DNA of 64,000 nt from Candidatus Omnitrophota bacterium (GTDB taxonomy: Bacteria > Omnitrophota > Gorgyraeia > Gygaellales > Profunditerraquicolaceae): contig VGKG01000001.1 of NCBI GenBank assembly GCA_016867115.1, positions 109,403 to 173,402 on the forward strand. The letters are read 5' to 3'. The notes under the pieces were generated by a model. That model worked only from the letters and a program-made list of their open reading frames with translations, did not search any database and was not told the origin of the DNA. Position numbers and translations under genes: made by a program. Positions within the stretch are counted from its first letter, which is position 1. Each line of letters opens with the position of its first letter. Of this stretch, positions 60,130 through 64,000 are shown piece by piece.

Positions 60130-61929
60130 TCACCTCTTCAATATTTTCTTCAGTCCTTCCTTGGTATATTCTCCCTGAACGCTGAATATCTCCCGGTTAT
60201 CCAGAAGATAAGTCGGTCCGAACAGTATCTGGAGCTCCTTGTTTAGGGCGGTGTTCTCCCTTAAGAGGGACCTGCCCTCATTGCCCCTGGCGCAGGCGCG
60301 AATCCTCTGTGCGTCAAGGCTGCCCAGGCAATCCTCCCACCAGGAGGAATTGATATTCCGCGCGCGGCAGGTCAGATATCCCCAGAAGTTTTCCGGGTAA
60401 TACTTCCGGACGCAGACCAGGCGCAGATATTCCTCTACTTCCCTTTCTCCTGCGGCTGCGGCGAACCCGCCCTTCTCCTCCTGCGCCAGGAAATGCAGCG
60501 CCGGATCAAAGCCGCGGATAGCCTCAAGCAGCTTCGGGGCGTCCTTGTCAAAAATACTGAAGAAAAGGTCCAGCCTTCCACTTATTCTCTCCCTTTTCAG
60601 GAAAAAGCTCAGGCCGCTAAACTGAGGCTTAAGCATATAATAATCGCCCCTGGGTTCAAGGTTCACCTTGAAATTGGAAAAACTCTTCCTTACCTCAACT
60701 TCTTTTCCCAGGAGATAGACCGGCAGGGCGATGATCCCCAGGTCATCTACCAGGTCTTTGGCCTTCTTCTGCGGATAATAGAGGTAAACCGGCTCTACCC
60801 CGGGAAACTGGTTCCTTAAGACCCGCAAGGCGGCACTGGTATCGCAGCTCATGCAAGAGCGGCTTGTGATTACAAGGAGGCTCACTTTTTTCTCCTCGGG
60901 AAAGGTGCAGACAGAAGACATATTGCCGGGGTTTGAGCAGGTGCCGCTATAGACATCCTTGCGGCAATCCTTGTCCGAGAAACACTGCGGGAGGATCTTG
61001 CCGATCCCGGGGTCATCCTTGATCTGGCCGGAGAGCCCGAGATCCTCTATTTTGACGTCGCTGATCTTCTTATCTTTCAATATGACGGTCGCCTTGCCCA
61101 GGTGCCTGGCCTGCCAGGTCGGCCTTAATACAAGTACCCCTTCCCTCTCGCCTGACTTCAGGCCCGGCTGCGGGTTGTGGCCTGCGATCAGGATATCTAT
61201 GCCGGGGACATCCCTGACCAGGGCATGGGACTCACTCTCATTAAGGTGCGAGAGAAGCACGATGATCTCAGCGCCCTTTTTCTTCAATTCCTGCACCGCC
61301 GCCTCTACCGCCGGCTTTGGCTCGATAAACTCTATTGACTGCGCCTTGGCCTTGACTGCGGCGTTAGTGACCGCGGTGATGCCGACCTTTACGCCCTGGA
61401 CTTCCTTAATAATAAAGGGGGCGATCTTTCCGGACTTTATATTGCAGGAAAGAAAAGCCAGCCTGCTCTTTGCGACGTTCTCTTCTAAAAACTCCATCCC
61501 GAAATTAAACTCCTCATCCCCGACTGCCACGGCGTCATACTTCATCAGCTCCATGGCCCTGAGGTTGACCAGCGTACGCTGGGTGTCTAGCTCCGTATTC
61601 TGGGTATACTCGTCAAGGTTTCCTCCGGCAAAGAACGCGCCGCTATCAAAAAGGAGCGCCTGCGGGTGCTTTTTCCTCAACTGCCTGATGAGGCTCGCCC
61701 GGCGGCTGACTCCGCCGTCCGGCTCCTTGGGGCAGTGGCAGGGATAAAGCATGGCGTGCGTCTCGCCGGTGTAGAGGATGGTGATCTCCTTGGCAGAGGC
61801 AAGCCCAATGTCAAATGTCAAATAACAAATGACAAATGAAATCCAAATGAAAAATGTCAAATGGCTTAAATGATATTTTGAAATCTGAGATTTGTCATTT
61901 GTAATTTGGAATTTGAAATTTTTTATCAT
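60130..61929 (-). CDS. Exported multidomain protein: 5'-nucleotidase/metallophosphatase-like N-domain with substituted metal ligands, fused to CxxC thioredoxin/DsbA-like domains
   Basis: Aligns by eye block-for-block to the UshA N-domain: ITILYTGETHA (versus ITVLHTNDHHG), YDAVAVGDEEFN (versus GNHEF), LAFLSCNI, ILIAGHNPQ. Followed by SRSCMSCD and a C-terminal FGPTYLLDNREIF DsbA-like motif. A signal peptide is predicted. The start is ATGA-coupled to serA. Confidence 0.6.
   Translation of the reverse strand: MIKNFKFQITNDKSQISKYHLSHLTFFIWISFVICYLTFDIGLASAKEITILYTGETHAMLYPCHCPKEPDGGVSRRASLIRQLRKKHPQALLFDSGAFFAGGNLDEYTQNTELDTQRTLVNLRAMELMKYDAVAVGDEEFNFGMEFLEENVAKSRLAFLSCNIKSGKIAPFIIKEVQGVKVGITAVTNAAVKAKAQSIEFIEPKPAVEAAVQELKKKGAEIIVLLSHLNESESHALVRDVPGIDILIAGHNPQPGLKSGEREGVLVLRPTWQARHLGKATVILKDKKISDVKIEDLGLSGQIKDDPGIGKILPQCFSDKDCRKDVYSGTCSNPGNMSSVCTFPEEKKVSLLVITSRSCMSCDTSAALRVLRNQFPGVEPVYLYYPQKKAKDLVDDLGIIALPVYLLGKEVEVRKSFSNFKVNLEPRGDYYMLKPQFSGLSFFLKRERISGRLDLFFSIFDKDAPKLLEAIRGFDPALHFLAQEEKGGFAAAAGEREVEEYLRLVCVRKYYPENFWGYLTCRARNINSSWWEDCLGSLDAQRIRACARGNEGRSLLRENTALNKELQILFGPTYLLDNREIFSVQGEYTKEGLKKILKR
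61801..61925. repeat. A/T-rich array of about 8 tandem 7-nt repeats (TTTGACA / TTTGTCA / TTTGTTA) with an inverted partner copy, covering the 5' end of the preceding ORF
   Basis: Plus strand reads caaatgtcaaatgtcaaataacaaatgacaaatgaaatccaaatgaaaaatgtcaaatgg ... atttgtcatttgtaatttggaatttgaaatt. The inverted halves can form a hairpin about 70 nt long. Composition is sharply lower in GC than its surroundings. Confidence 0.5.
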
Positions 61930-63512
61930 AGTTTTATCACCTTTACCGCCAGGATATTCTCTGTCTTTTTGATCAGTTCCAGTGCATCTTCGGGTATCGG
62001 GCTGTCCACGTTGATTACCGAGATCGCCATGCCGGCAGCTTTTTCCCGGCCGAAGGTCATCTCCGCGATATTGATGTTGTGCTTTCCCAGGATCGTACCG
62101 AGGTTGCCGATTATACCGGGACGGTCCCAGTTCTTGATCACCAGCATCTCTCCCAACGGAGGGGCCTCGACATAGTATCCGTCGATCTTGACGATACGCG
62201 ACTGTTTGTTGCTGGAGAGCGTGCCGCAGACCTTGCGGGTCTCTTTATCCGTCTTTATCTGGAGTTCTACCAGGGTAACGAACTCCTTTTCCTGAGAGGA
62301 TTTTGATTCGTTGACCTTTATCCCCCTCTCCTTGGCCAGGGTCACGGCATTGATGAAATTGACCGTCTCCTGTAAGATCGGGGATAAGACACCTTTGACC
62401 ACTGCCAGGGTGACCGGCGCTAAATCATGTTGAATAATGTCGCCGCTGTAAGTGATGCTTAGCTCCGCTATCCTCCCTTCCACCAGCTGGCTGGTAAAGC
62501 TGCCTAATTTCTCGCCGAGGTTTATATAGGGCTCAAGGGCCATGCAGGCCTCAGGCTCAAGGCAGGGGTAATTGGCGGCGTTACGGATACCGCGGCCAAG
62601 CAGCGCGTCCCGGATGATCTCAGCCACCTCAATAGCCACGTTCACCTGCGCCTCTTCGGTGGAAGCGCCAAGGTGCGGCGTCAGAATCACGTTGTCGAAC
62701 TTAAGCAGCTCACTCTCGGCAGGCAGGGGCTCTTTTTCAAAGACATCAAGGGCGGCCCCGGCGACCCTCCCTTCTTTTGTCGCCGCAACTAATGCCTCTT
62801 CGTCGATGATTCCGCCGCGGGCGCAGTTGATGACACGCACCCCGCTCTTCATCATGGCGAACTCTTTGCCCGAGATCATGTGCTTGGTCTCATCGGTAAG
62901 CGGGGTATGCACGGAAATATAATCCGAACGTTTCAATAGGTCGTTCAATTCCACCACTTCTACTCCCAGCGACTGCGCCACTTCGAGGTTCAGGAAGGGG
63001 TCAAAGGCAAGGACCTTCATCCCGAAGACGATCCCCCGCCTGGCTACTTCCGCGCCGATACGGCCAAGACCCACCACTCCCAGGACTTTACCGTAAAGCT
63101 CAACGCCCATGAACTTGGAACGCTTCCACTCCGCCTTCTTCATGGAGACACTTGCCTGAGGGATATTGCGCGAGAGCGCCAGGATCATGCTGAAGGTATG
63201 CTCCGCGGTTGAGATGGTGTTTCCCGCCGGGGTATTCATCACGATGATCCCTTTTTGCGTGGCCGCCCCGAGGTCCACATTATCCAGCCCCACCCCTGCG
63301 CGGCCGATGGCCTTCAATTTCGATCCGGCATCGATGACGTCTTTGGTGACTTTAGTCGCACTTCTTACCACCAGGGCGTCGTAATCCTTAATAATGGCCT
63401 TGAGTTCTTCCGGTTTTAATTCTGTCTTTACGTCGACCTGAAAGTCGCTTACCTCTTTTAAGATCTTCAGGCCTTCATCGGATAACGGGTCACTGACTAA
63501 TATTTTCTTCAT
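61926..63512 (-). CDS. serA: D-3-phosphoglycerate dehydrogenase (with C-terminal ACT domain)
   Basis: NAD-binding GLGRIG motif and 2-hydroxyacid dehydrogenase catalytic residues; 528 aa. Confidence 0.9.
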   Translation of the reverse strand: MKKILVSDPLSDEGLKILKEVSDFQVDVKTELKPEELKAIIKDYDALVVRSATKVTKDVIDAGSKLKAIGRAGVGLDNVDLGAATQKGIIVMNTPAGNTISTAEHTFSMILALSRNIPQASVSMKKAEWKRSKFMGVELYGKVLGVVGLGRIGAEVARRGIVFGMKVLAFDPFLNLEVAQSLGVEVVELNDLLKRSDYISVHTPLTDETKHMISGKEFAMMKSGVRVINCARGGIIDEEALVAATKEGRVAGAALDVFEKEPLPAESELLKFDNVILTPHLGASTEEAQVNVAIEVAEIIRDALLGRGIRNAANYPCLEPEACMALEPYINLGEKLGSFTSQLVEGRIAELSITYSGDIIQHDLAPVTLAVVKGVLSPILQETVNFINAVTLAKERGIKVNESKSSQEKEFVTLVELQIKTDKETRKVCGTLSSNKQSRIVKIDGYYVEAPPLGEMLVIKNWDRPGIIGNLGTILGKHNINIAEMTFGREKAAGMAISVINVDSPIPEDALELIKKTENILAVKVIKL

Positions 63513-63534
63513 AGCTAGCTCCTGGTTTAGTTAA

Positions 63535-63564
63535 CCTACCTACTAACTACTGCCCGCTAACTAC
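63535..63564 (-). repeat. Conserved 5'-UTR motif (GTAGTTAGCGGGCAGTAGTTAGTAGGTAGG), copy 3 of 3, upstream of serA
   Basis: Same core AGTAGTTAGTAGG(C/T)AGG as at 14801 and 20634, 22 nt upstream of the serA ATG. Confidence 0.5.
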
Positions 63565-63574
63565 AATCGCTGAA

Positions 63575-64000
63575 TTATTTAAGGAATACTTCCTCTGCTG
63601 CCTTCACTCCCGCGCCTAAATCGAACTTATAGCCCATCTGGGCCAGGACCTTCTCAAGGCAGGAGATACCGGCGATAATATCGAACTCCTCGATATAGCC
63701 CATATGGGCGATCCTGAAGAGTTTCCCCTTCATCTCATCCTGTCCTCCGGCAATGGTCACGCCGTAAGTATCGCGCATGGTCTTGACTAATTTTTCGCCG
63801 TCCAGGCCTTCCGGCACTTTGACTGCGGTGACCACGTCGGATGCGGCATCCGGGGCAAAGAGCGCTAATCCCAGGCCCTTCATAGCCGCGCGCGCGGCAG
63901 ACGCCATTTTTTTATGGCGTAAAAATACCTGCTCAAGGCCGTCCTGCCTGATCATCTCTAGCGCCTCATTCAGCGCAATGATCAGGGTCACTGCCGGGGT
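63575..64000 (-). CDS. serC: Class V aminotransferase, C-terminal part (phosphoserine aminotransferase-like; 5' end lies beyond the window)
   Basis: C-terminal small domain of a fold-type I class V aminotransferase (GKLFRIAHMGY...); positioned upstream of serA. The open frame continues to the window edge. Confidence 0.75.
   Translation of the reverse strand, partial: TPAVTLIIALNEALEMIRQDGLEQVFLRHKKMASAARAAMKGLGLALFAPDAASDVVTAVKVPEGLDGEKLVKTMRDTYGVTIAGGQDEMKGKLFRIAHMGYIEEFDIIAGISCLEKVLAQMGYKFDLGAGVKAAEEVFLK

Overview
This window is a dense, almost uninterrupted run of chromosomal housekeeping genes from a moderately GC-rich, anaerobe-like bacterium; about 56 of 58 CDS are on the minus strand. 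I could not call a taxon; the content is consistent with a Wood-Ljungdahl-pathway organism. I found no tRNA, rRNA, CRISPR array or obvious mobile element.

Gene content from position 1 to 64000, minus strand unless noted:
- an AddA-like UvrD helicase/nuclease and the start of a possible nuclease partner
- a DUF2339 membrane protein
- rpmB (plus strand)
- recJ, argS, rsfS and a small zinc-ribbon protein
- a CNNM-type transporter and an M16 peptidase
- trpG-trpD-trpC-trpF-trpB-trpA (no trpE and no leader), sitting directly downstream of rho, rpmE, prfA, prmC and murA
- coaE, glgA, polA and a secreted TPR protein
- a compact Wood-Ljungdahl cluster: fhs, fchA, folD, metF, a small LpdA-like flavoprotein and acsB (acetyl-CoA synthase), without acsCDE, cooS or metV
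- yraN, rnhB, rplS and trmD
- tgt, queA, a SpoIID-like gene and queH
- ruvB, scpA and trpS
- rimP, nusA and infB
- proS
- ispG, rseP, dxr, cdsA and uppS
- a GH57 branching-enzyme-like gene next to a DUF4912 gene
- a coiled-coil lipoprotein and an OmpA-like lipoprotein
- purA
- a short LeuA/homocitrate-synthase-family gene
- an exported protein that fuses a catalytically degenerate 5'-nucleotidase-like domain to CxxC thioredoxin/DsbA-like domains
- serA and the 3' end of serC

The most unusual signals are in intergenic DNA and gene architecture rather than in novel gene systems:
- a nested GATTACA-type palindrome cluster in the rimP-nusA leader
- a conserved CAGTAGTTAGTAGGCAGG 5'-UTR motif present three times
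- a heptamer-repeat element present twice
- A/T-rich tandem heptamers at the 5' end of the exported fusion gene
- rsfS in frame with an upstream zinc-ribbon ORF across a single TAG, with no canonical start codon
- the Wood-Ljungdahl cluster architecture

Several ORF-track start codons appear over-extended and I have trimmed them. Many gene junctions are 4-nt ATGA overlaps.
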